64,000 bases of DNA, from positions 1,440,001-1,504,000 of the forward strand of contig OZ220732.1 in assembly GCA_965116905.1 (NCBI GenBank), given 5' to 3'. This DNA is from Longimicrobiales bacterium. GTDB lineage: Bacteria; Gemmatimonadota; Gemmatimonadetes; Longimicrobiales; Gaopeijiaceae. The position numbers and the translations under genes are program-made. The notes under the pieces are model-generated. The model saw only the letters and a program-made list of their open reading frames with translations. It had not been told where the DNA came from and searched no databases. This document shows positions 49,287-59,539 of this stretch, in pieces. Position 1 is the stretch's first letter; every line of letters starts with the position of its first letter.

Positions 49287-50267
49287 CTACGTCCAGACCG
49301 TTACTCCCTCCGGGCCCTCCCGAAGGAAGCCCTTGAGGGAGTCCGGAAGAGACTTCGGGCTCGAGAACCCCCCGCCGGTCTCGATATCGACGGCTATCGA
49401 GCCGATCAGGTTCCGGATGGCCTTCTCCGAACGGCGCAACGCGTAACGAAAAACACGGCGCCACCCCAGCATCGCCAGCCCCCCGACCGCGGCTCCGCCG
49501 ACAAGGAAGCCCGCCACCGCCGTACCCGCTGCGAGGCCTCCGATACCGAGGGCGGTGCCCACGGCCCCGCCCACGAACCCGCTACCGACGCCGCTGAACA
49601 ACCCGACCACCCCCGAAATCCCGCCCCCGACCCACATGCTGAGCTTCTGGCTGCGGACCAGGCTGGCCTGAACGGTCAACTCGGTCGCGGGTGGATCGGT
49701 GTCCAGGCGGCGGAGGCTGAAGAGCAGTTGCTTCAGGTCCGCCCACGCCATCTCGTACGCGAACGACTGATCCGCCTGGGAAGACGTGTACGAGTAGGCG
49801 GGAACGTTGAAGGCCAGCACGCCTCCGTCGAGGGGATCGGCTCCGTAGTGATCGGTGAGACTCAGGCGAAACGGACGTCCGGGCAGGATCCGTTGCATGG
49901 CGGCGTAGACGTCCTCTGCCGGAGCCTGGATCACCCGGGAAACCTCCAGCGTCAGCGGCGGCCGACCCAGGAAACGCGCCGCCATCGCCGATGGCTGGGC
50001 CTGGGCTCCCTCGGCCAGATCCCGGTTGCGAGATTCCGCCAGCGCATGATCGACGAACTCGAGCGAGATTCCGGCTTCCTCGGCGGCCGCCCGCACATCC
50101 GCCAGGCGGTACCCTTCGGCTTCCTCCTTGTCGGCGGACTGCCCCCGCGGAGCCAGCTGTCTCGAACGTTCTTCGAGGCGACGAGCGGCCTCGGCCTGCA
50201 GCTCGGCCGCGCGGCGCCAGAGTGTGCGTGCCTTCTCTTCGGAGATGCGGGTCTCGTCCTGACTCAT
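49287..50267 (-). CDS. Hypothetical membrane protein
   Basis: ARTLWRRAAELQ...VRAAAEEAGIS N-terminus, Gly-rich C-terminal TM hairpin; ATG at 50267. Confidence 0.65.
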   Translation of the reverse strand: MSQDETRISEEKARTLWRRAAELQAEAARRLEERSRQLAPRGQSADKEEAEGYRLADVRAAAEEAGISLEFVDHALAESRNRDLAEGAQAQPSAMAARFLGRPPLTLEVSRVIQAPAEDVYAAMQRILPGRPFRLSLTDHYGADPLDGGVLAFNVPAYSYTSSQADQSFAYEMAWADLKQLLFSLRRLDTDPPATELTVQASLVRSQKLSMWVGGGISGVVGLFSGVGSGFVGGAVGTALGIGGLAAGTAVAGFLVGGAAVGGLAMLGWRRVFRYALRRSEKAIRNLIGSIAVDIETGGGFSSPKSLPDSLKGFLREGPEGVTVWT

Positions 50268-50395
50268 GGAAACCAAGTTGCCCAGACGACTCGTCGCGCG
50301 CCACGTTTGCAGCGTGAGCCCCAAGGGCGGCCCATCGCCCCAGGGGGACCCACCGCCTCACGGGCGACCCACCGCCCCAGCCGGAGAAGCCACAA

Positions 50396-53300
50396 ATGCA
50401 GCGCTCCACGACGACCACCCTTGTCCTTTCCCTGACCTGCGCCGCCGCAGTGCATTTCGCCGCAACGCATTTGGCGCCCGCGCCCGCTGCCGCCCAGACG
50501 CCCGAGCGCATCGCGGCCGGTCTGACTTGGCGATACATCGGCCCCGCCATCGCCGGCGGCCGCATCAGCGACGTCGAGATCGTCCCCGGCACCCAGTCGC
50601 ACATCTACGTCGGGGCCGCGTCGGGTGGCGTCTGGGAGAGCGTCAACCACGGCACCACATGGACCCCGATCTTCGATGACCAGCCCAATCTGTCCGTTGG
50701 AGACATTGCGCTGGCCCCGTCCGATCCGCTCGAGATGTGGGTCGGCACCGGCGAGGCCAACAACCGCAACAGTTCGCCGTGGGGCCAGGGCGTCTACCAC
50801 TCGTCGGACGGAGGCAAGACGTGGCGGCTCACCGGGCTCGAGGACACGAGGCACGTCGGCCGCATCGTCGTGCATCCCACCGATCCGGATCGCGTCTGGG
50901 TCGCCGCGGTGGGCCATCTCTTCGGTCCGAACGAGGAGCGCGGCGTCTTCCGCACGACCGACCGGGGCGCCACATGGGAGAAGCTCCTTTACGTGGACGA
51001 ACACACCGGCGCGACCGATCTCGCCTTGGATCCGTCCGATCCAGCCATTCTCTACGCGGCGATGTACCAGCGCCAGCGCCGGGCGCACGGATTCATCGGG
51101 GGCGGTCCCGGCAGCGGCATCTACAAGAGCACGGACGGCGGCGATACCTGGCGGGAGTTGACCGAGGGTTTGCCGGAGGACGACATGGGCCGTATCGGCC
51201 TCGCGGTGTCGCGCCGCAATCCGCAGCTGGTCATGGCGGTGGTCGAGGCTGAAGAGGGCGGGATCTTCAAGTCGACCGATCGTGGCGAGTCGTGGACGCG
51301 GGTCAACGAACTGAACCAGCGCCCCATGTACTACAGCCAGCTCAGGATCGATCCCAACGACGACGAGACCGTGTACCTGGTCGCCGGCTCGCTGCACCGG
51401 ACCACCGACGGCGGCGAGACCTTCGCCACGGTTGCGCAGGAGGTCGTGTACAACACCGGCGTGCATGTCGACCACCACGACCTCTGGATCGACCCCGAGA
51501 ACTCGGCGCACATGATCCTCGGCAACGACGGCGGCCTGTATTCGACCTGGGACAACGGCGACAACTGGACCTTCATCGGCAACATCCCGATCCAGCAGTT
51601 CTACGACATCGACCTCGACATGGCCGACCCGTACTTCGTGTACGGGGGCCTGCAGGACAACAACTCCTACCGGGGACCGAGCCGGAACACCCGCTACCAC
51701 GGCATCCTCAACCGTGACTGGCAGGTGATCGACTACGGCGACGGGATGTACGCCGAGACGGACTGGTCCGACCCCGGAACCGTGTACGTTACGTCGCAGA
51801 ACGCGGGGATCGTGCGCGTGGATCTGGCGACGGGTGACCGCAAGGCCCTGAAGCCCTTCCCGCGCGACACCACGGAGACGTACAGCTTCGACTGGAAGTC
51901 CCCGATCCTGGTCTCTCCCCACAACTCGGACCGCGTCTACCTGGGCGGCAACCGCCTCTTCATCTCCGACGACCGGGGCGAGAGCTGGCGCGCGACGGAT
52001 GAGCTGACGAGGGGACTCCACCCCGACAGTCTGCCCATCATGGGAATGATGCCGGACTCGACGACGCTGTCGAAGCACGACGGCGTTTCGGGCTACGGCG
52101 AGATCACGGCCGTGTCCGAGTCACCCGTGACGGCGGGCGTGCTGTGGACCGGGGCGGACGACGGCACCGTGCAGGTCAGCCGCGACGACGGCATGACGTG
52201 GACGGACGTCACGGCCGATGTCCTCGCCGCAGCCGGTGCCCCGCCGTTCGCGTACTACGTGAGCTGGGTGGAGGCGTCGCACCATGAGGCGGAGCGCGCC
52301 TACGTCAGCCTCGATGGGCACTGGGACGACGACTACGCGCCGTATGCGTTTGTGACCGAGGACCTGGGCGCGACGTGGCGGTCGGTCACGGCCGGGCTGG
52401 GTGCCGCCACCGTCAACGTGATCCGCGAGCACCACGCCAACCCGAACGTGGTGATCGTGGGCGCGGAGGACGGGGCCTTCGCGTCGATCGACCGAGGCGC
52501 CACCTGGGGCCCTCTCGGCTCCGGGTTGCCGGCGGTGCCCGTCGACGACATCGAGATCCACCCGCGCGACAACGACGTGGTCGCCGGGACGCACGGCCGC
52601 GGCATCTACGTCCTGGACGACATCGGGTTGATCTCGCCGTACCTGCGGGTCGAAGGCGACAGGGTGACGATGACGATGACGTCGGCGGACGAGCCGATCT
52701 TCACGCCGCCCAGACCCGCGATGATGTTCCTCTACCGCAACGACGTCCCGTCCCAGGGGCAGGGGATGTATCGGGCCGAGAATCCGGCCTACGGCGCGAA
52801 CTTCGACTACTGGCTGCCGGATGCGGTCGAAGGCGGGGTCACCATCGAGGTTCGCGACGCCTCCGGGGCGGTCGTGCGCGCCCTGACCGGGCCCGGGACC
52901 GCAGGGACGAACCGGGTGACCTGGGACCTGCGCCACGAGCCCATCCCGCACGACACGGCCCGCTACGAGGTGCCCAACCTCGATTCCGGCCCCGACGGAC
53001 CGCTCGTGTTGCCGGGCGAGTTCACGGTGGTCCTCACGGTTGGCGATGAGCTTCGCCAGCAGGACCTCACCGTGCGGCCCGACGAGCGCCTGCGCGTGAC
53101 CGCGGAGGAGCGGCTCGCGCGCTACGAGTTCACCATGGAGCTGCACGAGCTGAAGCGGTTCGCCTACGAAGAGGGCGTCGCCGCCTACGACCTGGAGCGC
53201 GAGGCGGAGGACGCGATCGAGGCGCTGGAAGAGGCCGGCGACAGCGACGAGGACGACCTGAAGCGCGCAGAGGAGCTGGCCGCCGAAATCGAGGAGGTTG

Positions 53301-53518
53301 CCGACGAATGGCGTCGCCTGAACAGCGACATCCGGAACTGGTGGACCGGCCTGCTGGGCAAGTTCGACGGCGGGCCGTCGACGATGGGGTCGCTCACCGG
53401 GCCGTCGGACGACCATCGGCGCCGCATGGCGAGGATCTGGGAGGAAGCGCGCGCGGCGGAGGAGCAGCTGGACGGGCTGGATGACGTGATCGAGGAATTG
53501 CGGGGGTTGTCGCCGTGA
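50396..53518 (+). CDS. VPS10/BNR-repeat secreted glycosyl hydrolase-like protein, paralogue 2
   Basis: RYIGPAIAGGRISDV, Asp-boxes, HVDHHDLWIDP, GGLQDN, GTHGRG. Confidence 0.9.
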   Translation: MQRSTTTTLVLSLTCAAAVHFAATHLAPAPAAAQTPERIAAGLTWRYIGPAIAGGRISDVEIVPGTQSHIYVGAASGGVWESVNHGTTWTPIFDDQPNLSVGDIALAPSDPLEMWVGTGEANNRNSSPWGQGVYHSSDGGKTWRLTGLEDTRHVGRIVVHPTDPDRVWVAAVGHLFGPNEERGVFRTTDRGATWEKLLYVDEHTGATDLALDPSDPAILYAAMYQRQRRAHGFIGGGPGSGIYKSTDGGDTWRELTEGLPEDDMGRIGLAVSRRNPQLVMAVVEAEEGGIFKSTDRGESWTRVNELNQRPMYYSQLRIDPNDDETVYLVAGSLHRTTDGGETFATVAQEVVYNTGVHVDHHDLWIDPENSAHMILGNDGGLYSTWDNGDNWTFIGNIPIQQFYDIDLDMADPYFVYGGLQDNNSYRGPSRNTRYHGILNRDWQVIDYGDGMYAETDWSDPGTVYVTSQNAGIVRVDLATGDRKALKPFPRDTTETYSFDWKSPILVSPHNSDRVYLGGNRLFISDDRGESWRATDELTRGLHPDSLPIMGMMPDSTTLSKHDGVSGYGEITAVSESPVTAGVLWTGADDGTVQVSRDDGMTWTDVTADVLAAAGAPPFAYYVSWVEASHHEAERAYVSLDGHWDDDYAPYAFVTEDLGATWRSVTAGLGAATVNVIREHHANPNVVIVGAEDGAFASIDRGATWGPLGSGLPAVPVDDIEIHPRDNDVVAGTHGRGIYVLDDIGLISPYLRVEGDRVTMTMTSADEPIFTPPRPAMMFLYRNDVPSQGQGMYRAENPAYGANFDYWLPDAVEGGVTIEVRDASGAVVRALTGPGTAGTNRVTWDLRHEPIPHDTARYEVPNLDSGPDGPLVLPGEFTVVLTVGDELRQQDLTVRPDERLRVTAEERLARYEFTMELHELKRFAYEEGVAAYDLEREAEDAIEALEEAGDSDEDDLKRAEELAAEIEEVADEWRRLNSDIRNWWTGLLGKFDGGPSTMGSLTGPSDDHRRRMARIWEEARAAEEQLDGLDDVIEELRGLSP

Positions 53519-53573
53519 CCTGATTGTTACACGATCGACGGCTTTCCGTGTGCCTGGCGCGTGAAACTCATGT

Positions 53574-54170
53574 ATGAACGGCGCCATTCACAGCGACACG
53601 CTGTCCGGTCCGCGACCCGGCCGGCCCGCCAACGTGATTCCGTTTCTGACCGCACCGCGCCGTCGGCGTGGGTGCGGCCCGGCGGAGATGGCGCGCGTGC
53701 TGCGTCGGTTGCACCGGGCCGGGATCACGCGCGGCTTCGTCCTCGTGGTTCCGAGCGAACCGGCCCGGCAGCCACCGATCAAACTGCCCGAGGGCAGAGA
53801 CCCTGCTCACGAGGCGCGATGGTGGTCGGCGCTCTGTGACCTGATCGCGAAGCAGACCGGACTCAGCGTGGTTCTGGTGGACGCCGCCGATGGCGCCATG
53901 GATGCGCAACGCGTGCTGGACGGCACTCGCTGCCGGAAGAAGATTGCGGTCCTGGAGGACCTCACTCGTGCGGAGCGGTCCGCGCTGCTCGAAATCTCCC
54001 GGGGCGCCTGCACCGGAGACCGGGGCCAGCTGATCGCAGCCGGCGTCCTGGACGCGCCGATATACGCGCCGATCTACGAGCCCTGGGAAATCCGGATGGC
54101 GATCCGCGGCGAAACCGCGAGCGGCCTGTTTGCACGCATGGCCTCGGGGATGCTCGCCGCCAGCGCGTAG
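53574..54170 (+). CDS. Hypothetical protein resembling a degenerate GT9 C-terminal domain
   Basis: WSALCDLI...VVLV and LT..E.SALL.ISRGACTGDRG...AGVLDAPIYA echo GT9 motifs. Confidence 0.4.
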   Translation: MNGAIHSDTLSGPRPGRPANVIPFLTAPRRRRGCGPAEMARVLRRLHRAGITRGFVLVVPSEPARQPPIKLPEGRDPAHEARWWSALCDLIAKQTGLSVVLVDAADGAMDAQRVLDGTRCRKKIAVLEDLTRAERSALLEISRGACTGDRGQLIAAGVLDAPIYAPIYEPWEIRMAIRGETASGLFARMASGMLAASA

Positions 54171-54191
54171 CCAGCGCCTGGCCAGCTCACG

Positions 54192-54680
54192 TCACCTGCC
54201 CCGCGCAATACACTCGATCTCCACCCTCGCGCCGAGCGCCAGGCCGCTTCCGGCCATCGCCGAGCGCGCCGGTGGTTCGATCCCCTCGAAGTAGGTGACA
54301 TAGGCCTCGTTCATCTCCGCGTAGTCGGCCATGTCGGCGAGGAACACGGTGCACTTCACGAGGTCCGCGAAGCCGAGTCCCGCCGCTTCAAGGATGCGGC
54401 CGATGTTGTCCATGGTTGCGCGCGTTTCGGCGCCGACGCCGCCCTCCACGAGGCGCAGTTCGCCGCTGGGCGGAGTGCCGATCGCGCCGGAGAGGAAGAC
54501 GAGGTCGCCGACGCGCACCGCGGGCGTGAACACCGGCAGCCGTGCGACGCCCTCGGGGACGATGTGCTCGATGGGGGTGGGTTCGGGCATAGCGCTGCCT
54601 TCCTGCTGTGCGCCCTCGCCGGGCGCGGGAGGTGACTCGCAGGCCAGGATCGTGGCGAGCGTGGCCAGGGCGGGCATCAT
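54192..54680 (-). CDS. RidA/YjgF family protein with possible lipoprotein signal (start 54761, 54680 or 54590)
   Basis: VFLSGAIG, VKCTVFLADM..Y..MN, PPARS, VEIECIA; LATILAC lipobox upstream. Confidence 0.85.
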   Translation of the reverse strand: MMPALATLATILACESPPAPGEGAQQEGSAMPEPTPIEHIVPEGVARLPVFTPAVRVGDLVFLSGAIGTPPSGELRLVEGGVGAETRATMDNIGRILEAAGLGFADLVKCTVFLADMADYAEMNEAYVTYFEGIEPPARSAMAGSGLALGARVEIECIARGR

Positions 54681-54750
54681 GCAGGCGCGCCTGGGTGGGG
54701 TCGCCGCCGGTCTGCCGCCGGGGCGAAGCCATGGCGCAAACGGCCGCTCT

Positions 54751-56485
54751 CTACCGCTCATACCGAACCACTCCTCCCACGATGGTCATGTCGACGTGCG
54801 CGTCGGCCAGGTCCTCGTCGGACACGGTCAGGATGTTGCGGTCGATGACGGCCACGTCGCCCAGCTTGCCGACCTCGAGCGAGCCCTTGTACTGCTCTTC
54901 GAAGGCGGCGTACGCGTTGTTGATCGTGTAGCTGCGGAGCGCCTCGGTGCGGGTCATGTTCTGCTCGGGGTAGTAGATCGACCCGTCGGCGGTCTGGCGG
55001 GTGACCGAGGCGCGGAAGCTGGCGAGGGGGTCGATGTCCTCGACGGGGACGTCGGTGCCGTTGTTGATGGGCACGCCGGCGTCGAGGAAAGAGCGCCACA
55101 GGTAGGTTCGCTGCTCCGCGCGGGTGTCGCCGAGACGGAGGGGCACCCAGGGGAAGTCCGAGGTGGCGTGCACCCCCTGCATGGAGGCGAGGACGCCGAT
55201 CTCCGCGAAGCGCGCGATGTCGTCGGGATGGACGTGCTGCGCGTGCTCGATCCGCCAGCGCAGATCGTCGCCGGCGCCGGCCGAGTCGAAGACGGCCTCG
55301 TAGATGTCGAGCACCTCGCGGTTGGCGCGGTCGCCGATCGCGTGCGTGTTGACCTGGAAGCCGTGTTTGACGGCGACGTGGGCCGTGCCGGTGATGTCCT
55401 CGACGGTTTCGAGGACCAGGCCTTCGGTCGAGGGCATGTCCTCGTACGGTTCGAGGAGCCAGGCGCCGTGGGAACCGAGCGCGCCGTCGATCTGGCGCTT
55501 GATGGAGCGCACGGTGAGGTAGTCGTCGCCCTCGGACGGCATGTAGTAGTCGGCGAGACGCGCGTCCATCTCCTCGTTGGATTGGCGGCGGACCATGATA
55601 TAGAGACGGACGGGGAGCGAGCCCTCGGCCTCCATCTGCTTGAGGCGGTCGATGGTGTCGAAGCCGGTGCCTGCATCCTGGAAGGAGGTCACGCCCTTGG
55701 AGAGCGCTTCCTCGGCAGCCAGCATCACCTCGCGCCGGAACCGGGCCTCGATCTCTTCCGCCGTGCGGCCCAGCTGCGAATCGGAAAAGGCCGCGGATAC
55801 CGGTCCCTGGGCGGTCTCGCGCAGGAGGCCGGTCAGTTCGCCGTTCTCGTCGCGGACCAACTCGCCCCCCGGCGGCGGTTCGGAGTCGCGGTCGTAGCCC
55901 CCGAGTTCCAGCGCCAGCGCGTTGGCGAAGCCCGCGTGCCCGGACGCATGCCCCAGCAACACCGGGTTCTCGGGGCTGACCGCCGTAAGCGACGCGTGGG
56001 TAGGGTTGCCCTCGACGACGGGATCCGGCGGCCGGTCCCATTTCTCCTGATGCCACCCGCGGCCGCGGATCCACTCTCCGGGCTCGGCGTCCGCAACCGC
56101 GTCGGCGACCATCTGCACGATCTCGTCCCAGTTGGCGACGTCATTGAGGTCGAGGATCGTCTTGCTGTTGCCGAGGCTCATGTAGTGGCCGTGTCCCTCG
56201 ATGAAGCCAGGCATGGCGAAACGGCCGTCCAGCTCGATCACCTCGGTGTCGGCGCTGATGTAGCCCTCCACGTCCGCGTCGCTGCCCACCGCGACGATCC
56301 AGCCGTCGTCGATCGCGACCGCTTCGGCCATTGTGTTGCCCGCGTCGACCGTGGCCACAATGCCGCCACGCAGCACGAGGTCGGCCGGGGCAGGCGCGTC
56401 GCCGGGGGTGGGCGCGTCGGTGCAGCCGGCGAGGAGGATGCCCGCAGTGAGAGCGGAGGCGACCACCGCAGAGCGCGCAGGCACC
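54751..56485 (-). CDS. Amidohydrolase 3 (YtcJ-like) lipoprotein; start uncertain (GTG 56485 or ATG 56523)
   Basis: PGFIEGHGH, DGALGSHGA, THAIGDRAN, RIEHAQ, GTDVPV, GSLEVGKLGD; lipobox LAGC. Confidence 0.9.
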
Positions 56486-56556
56486 GCGGCCGAGTATCCA
56501 CGAATGTATACGTTAGTTGACATAATGTAATGTTTACTTTCCAGTCTTGCGAGCGC

Positions 56557-57732
56557 CTAGCTCTGCTGCGAGGCGTGCCAATCCGCCAGCACCTCGGCCT
56601 CCCGCTCGGGGCTAAGCCTGTTCAACACCTCAGCCTGCCGCTCGGCCGTGCGCGAGAAGTGAAACTCCAGCGTTGCCGCGGTCGTGTCGGCGAGAGACCT
56701 GAAGGTGAGCCCCTTCTCCACTTCCGGAGTGAGGTCGAAACGCGCGAAGCCCTCGGCGCCATCCCGTGCCGGACGCCACACCGGCATCTCGCCGTAGGGG
56801 CGGAGCCCGGCGTCGATCACGAAGTCGGTGTCCACCCAGGTGAAGGTGGTCTCGGCCGTGGTCACGGCCCGGATCCCGTACAGCAACTCGGCCATCGGGC
56901 GCGGTGTCCGTGGACCGACCACGTTGTACGTGCCGGACTCGCCCGCTTCGGCCATGCGCACCAGCCAGTCGCCGAAGTCGCGCACATCGATGATCTGCAC
57001 GGGATCGGTGCCGTCGCCGGGCGCAAGTACCTCGCCGCCCCGATGAATCCGGACCGGCCAGTACGTGAAGCGGTCGGTCGGGTCGCCGGGGCCGATGATC
57101 AGGCCGGGCCGGAAGACGATCGTGCGGTCCTCGCCGAAGGCGTCCCGGGCGATCTGCTCGGAGAGCGCCTTGCCGAGTCCGTAGGGCAGCCGCTCCGCGC
57201 CCGGCTCCACTCCGGCCAGCTCGTGGGTCCACACGGGCGCGTCGGTCGTCATGGGGATTCGGCTCGTGTCGGCGTACACCGACCGCGTGGACACGAAGAT
57301 GTACCGCTCGCAGGTGTCCTTCAGCAGGTTGGCGCTCAGTTCGACCCAGTGCGGGGCGTTGGTCGCCGAGTTGTCCACGACCACGTCCCAGCTCCGCCCT
57401 TCCAGCGCCGTAAGGTCGCTTTCACGGTCGCCGACGAGCTTCTCCACCTCGGGAAACAGGTGCGCGTTGGTACGGCCCCGGTTGAAGAGCGTGACCTCGT
57501 GACCGCGGGAGAGCGCGTACTCGACCTGGTGGGGGCCGATGAAACCGGTCCCGCCGAGGATCAGGATCCTGAGCGGGTTCGAGGCCCGGGACTGGCCGGC
57601 GTCATCGGACCCCGCCGCGGGTCCATCGCCGTCAACCGCGCAGCCCGTGAGTGCGAACGAACCCATCCCTGCGGCGACCGCGCCCCCCGCCGCTGCCGTA
57701 GTCTTCAGAAAGTCACGCCGATTCGTCCTCAT
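56557..57732 (-). CDS. Tat-exported NAD-dependent epimerase/dehydratase family lipoprotein
   Basis: NRRDFLK Tat motif, LTGC lipobox, GGTGFIG, YGLGK, RPGLIIGPGDPTDRFTYW. Confidence 0.88.
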   Translation of the reverse strand: MRTNRRDFLKTTAAAGGAVAAGMGSFALTGCAVDGDGPAAGSDDAGQSRASNPLRILILGGTGFIGPHQVEYALSRGHEVTLFNRGRTNAHLFPEVEKLVGDRESDLTALEGRSWDVVVDNSATNAPHWVELSANLLKDTCERYIFVSTRSVYADTSRIPMTTDAPVWTHELAGVEPGAERLPYGLGKALSEQIARDAFGEDRTIVFRPGLIIGPGDPTDRFTYWPVRIHRGGEVLAPGDGTDPVQIIDVRDFGDWLVRMAEAGESGTYNVVGPRTPRPMAELLYGIRAVTTAETTFTWVDTDFVIDAGLRPYGEMPVWRPARDGAEGFARFDLTPEVEKGLTFRSLADTTAATLEFHFSRTAERQAEVLNRLSPEREAEVLADWHASQQS

Positions 57733-57785
57733 TCTCGCCTTCCTTCGTGTAGAGTGTCGCGGCCCGCGTGCGGCTACAGGTCCCG

Positions 57786-58595
57786 TTACAGATCCCGCCT
57801 GCGCATGTTTACGTAGGCCAGCCCCAGGAAGATTACCACGTACGCCATCGCCGCGACCAGCGGGATCCACAGATCCGGGTACGCCATCAGGTCCTGGCCG
57901 CGTTCCGCCCGCGCGGCGTTCGTGCGCGCCAGCACCTCGGGGTAGTACAGAGCTGTGTCGGTGATCGTCTGGTACAACTGGCCGGGCAGGAACTCGAACA
58001 CGGGCTCGAGCGCGTTCCACCGCAGCGAGAGCAGCGCCGTGACGATCTGCTCGCAGATGAAGTAGAGGAAGAGCAGACCGAGCCCGGCGCCCGCCGCCCG
58101 GATCAGCGCCGAGATCATCAGCGCAGCCGTTCCCCACAGCGACAGCGCGGCAACGAACCCCAGCATGTAGTTGAAGTCCATGGGCTCGATGAAGGCGCCG
58201 CCGCCCGAACCCGGAGTCCGGGCCACTTGCAGGATGCCGATCACCGTCGGGATCGCGATGAAGACGGCGATCATCGGCACCAGCAACAGGACCTTCCCCC
58301 AGTAGAACTGCTCCTTGCCGAGCCCGTCGATGACGTTCTGCCGGGCGGTTCGCCACCGAAACTCCGGGGCGAAGAGCAGGATCATCAGCGCGGCCAGGAA
58401 CACCGGCCCCAGGTTGATCGCGGGCTCGATGATGCCGCTCCAGGCGTCGGGGAACGAAACCTCCGAGGACGAGCCGCCCGACGACACGATCGCGATCGCA
58501 TTGAACGCGGTGAACACGCCCAGGGTCACCCAGCACGCGGGGCGCTTGACCGCCTTGAGCGTCTCGATCCGCCACAGAACGCGCGGCAGCCTCAT
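57786..58595 (-). CDS. ABC-2 type transporter permease
   Basis: EFRWRTARQNVIDG motif, six TMs, ATGA-coupled to the ATPase. Confidence 0.85.
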   Translation of the reverse strand: MRLPRVLWRIETLKAVKRPACWVTLGVFTAFNAIAIVSSGGSSSEVSFPDAWSGIIEPAINLGPVFLAALMILLFAPEFRWRTARQNVIDGLGKEQFYWGKVLLLVPMIAVFIAIPTVIGILQVARTPGSGGGAFIEPMDFNYMLGFVAALSLWGTAALMISALIRAAGAGLGLLFLYFICEQIVTALLSLRWNALEPVFEFLPGQLYQTITDTALYYPEVLARTNAARAERGQDLMAYPDLWIPLVAAMAYVVIFLGLAYVNMRRRDL

Positions 58596-59539
58596 GAGGC
58601 GAACTCCGTCAGCGACGCCGCGCCCACCCCTTCGCCCTCGCCTTCGTCCTCGCCGGTCAGGTCCATGAAGGCGTCCTCCAGGCTCCGGTGCCGGCGCGCG
58701 AGGTGCGAGACGTAGATCCCCTGGCCCGCGAGGTACCGGTTGAGGGCCGCGAGGTCGTCCGACGCCAGCGCGACGACCAGCCCGTCGTCGGACGCGCGCA
58801 CGGACGTTGCCTCTGGAAAGGCCTCCAGGGCCGCGCGCAACGCCTCGTCATCTTCCGCCCGCACGACCGCGGTGATCTCGCCGCCGACGATCTCGGCCAC
58901 CGTCCCCGTGCCCACGACCCGACCCTTCCTCACAATCGAAACGTGGGTGCAGGTGCGCTCCACCTCCCACAGGAGATGGCTCGACAGGAAGATCGTCTTT
59001 CCGCGGTCCGCCAGCAGCCGGATGATGTCGCGGACCTCCTTCATGCCCTTCGGATCCAGCCCGTTGGCCGGCTCGTCGAGCACGATCAGCTCGGGGTCGT
59101 TCAGCATTGTGGCCGCCAGCGCAAGCCGCTGCTTCATCCCCAGCGAATAGGTCCGAAAGCGATGCTTCCCGCGCCCGCGCAGCCCCACGATATCCAGACA
59201 TTCCTCGATCCGCGCCTTGCCGATTCCCTTGATCGCCGCAGCGATCCGCAGATTGTCCCGGCCGCTGAGGTAGGGATAGAAGTTCGGCGTCTCCAGCGTG
59301 GCCCCGACCCTCGCGCGGGCGGTCAGGAGGTCCCGCGGGGCGCCTGCGCCGAAGAGTCGAAAACTCCCCGCCGTGGGCTTGATGATGCCCATCAGCATCC
59401 CGATCGTCGTGGTCTTGCCGCTGCCGTTCGGGCCCAGGAAGCCGAAGACCTGGCCCTGCTCGACCGTGAGCGAGACGCGGTCGACGGCCAGGACCGCGGG
59501 GAAGCGCTTGGTGAGCCCGGTGGTTTCGATTACGGTCAC
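58592..59539 (-). CDS. ABC transporter ATP-binding protein (BcrA/CcmA-like)
   Basis: GPNGSGKTT, YSLGMKQR, LDEPANGLDP, LSSH. Confidence 0.95.
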   Translation of the reverse strand: MTVIETTGLTKRFPAVLAVDRVSLTVEQGQVFGFLGPNGSGKTTTIGMLMGIIKPTAGSFRLFGAGAPRDLLTARARVGATLETPNFYPYLSGRDNLRIAAAIKGIGKARIEECLDIVGLRGRGKHRFRTYSLGMKQRLALAATMLNDPELIVLDEPANGLDPKGMKEVRDIIRLLADRGKTIFLSSHLLWEVERTCTHVSIVRKGRVVGTGTVAEIVGGEITAVVRAEDDEALRAALEAFPEATSVRASDDGLVVALASDDLAALNRYLAGQGIYVSHLARRHRSLEDAFMDLTGEDEGEGEGVGAASLTEFAS

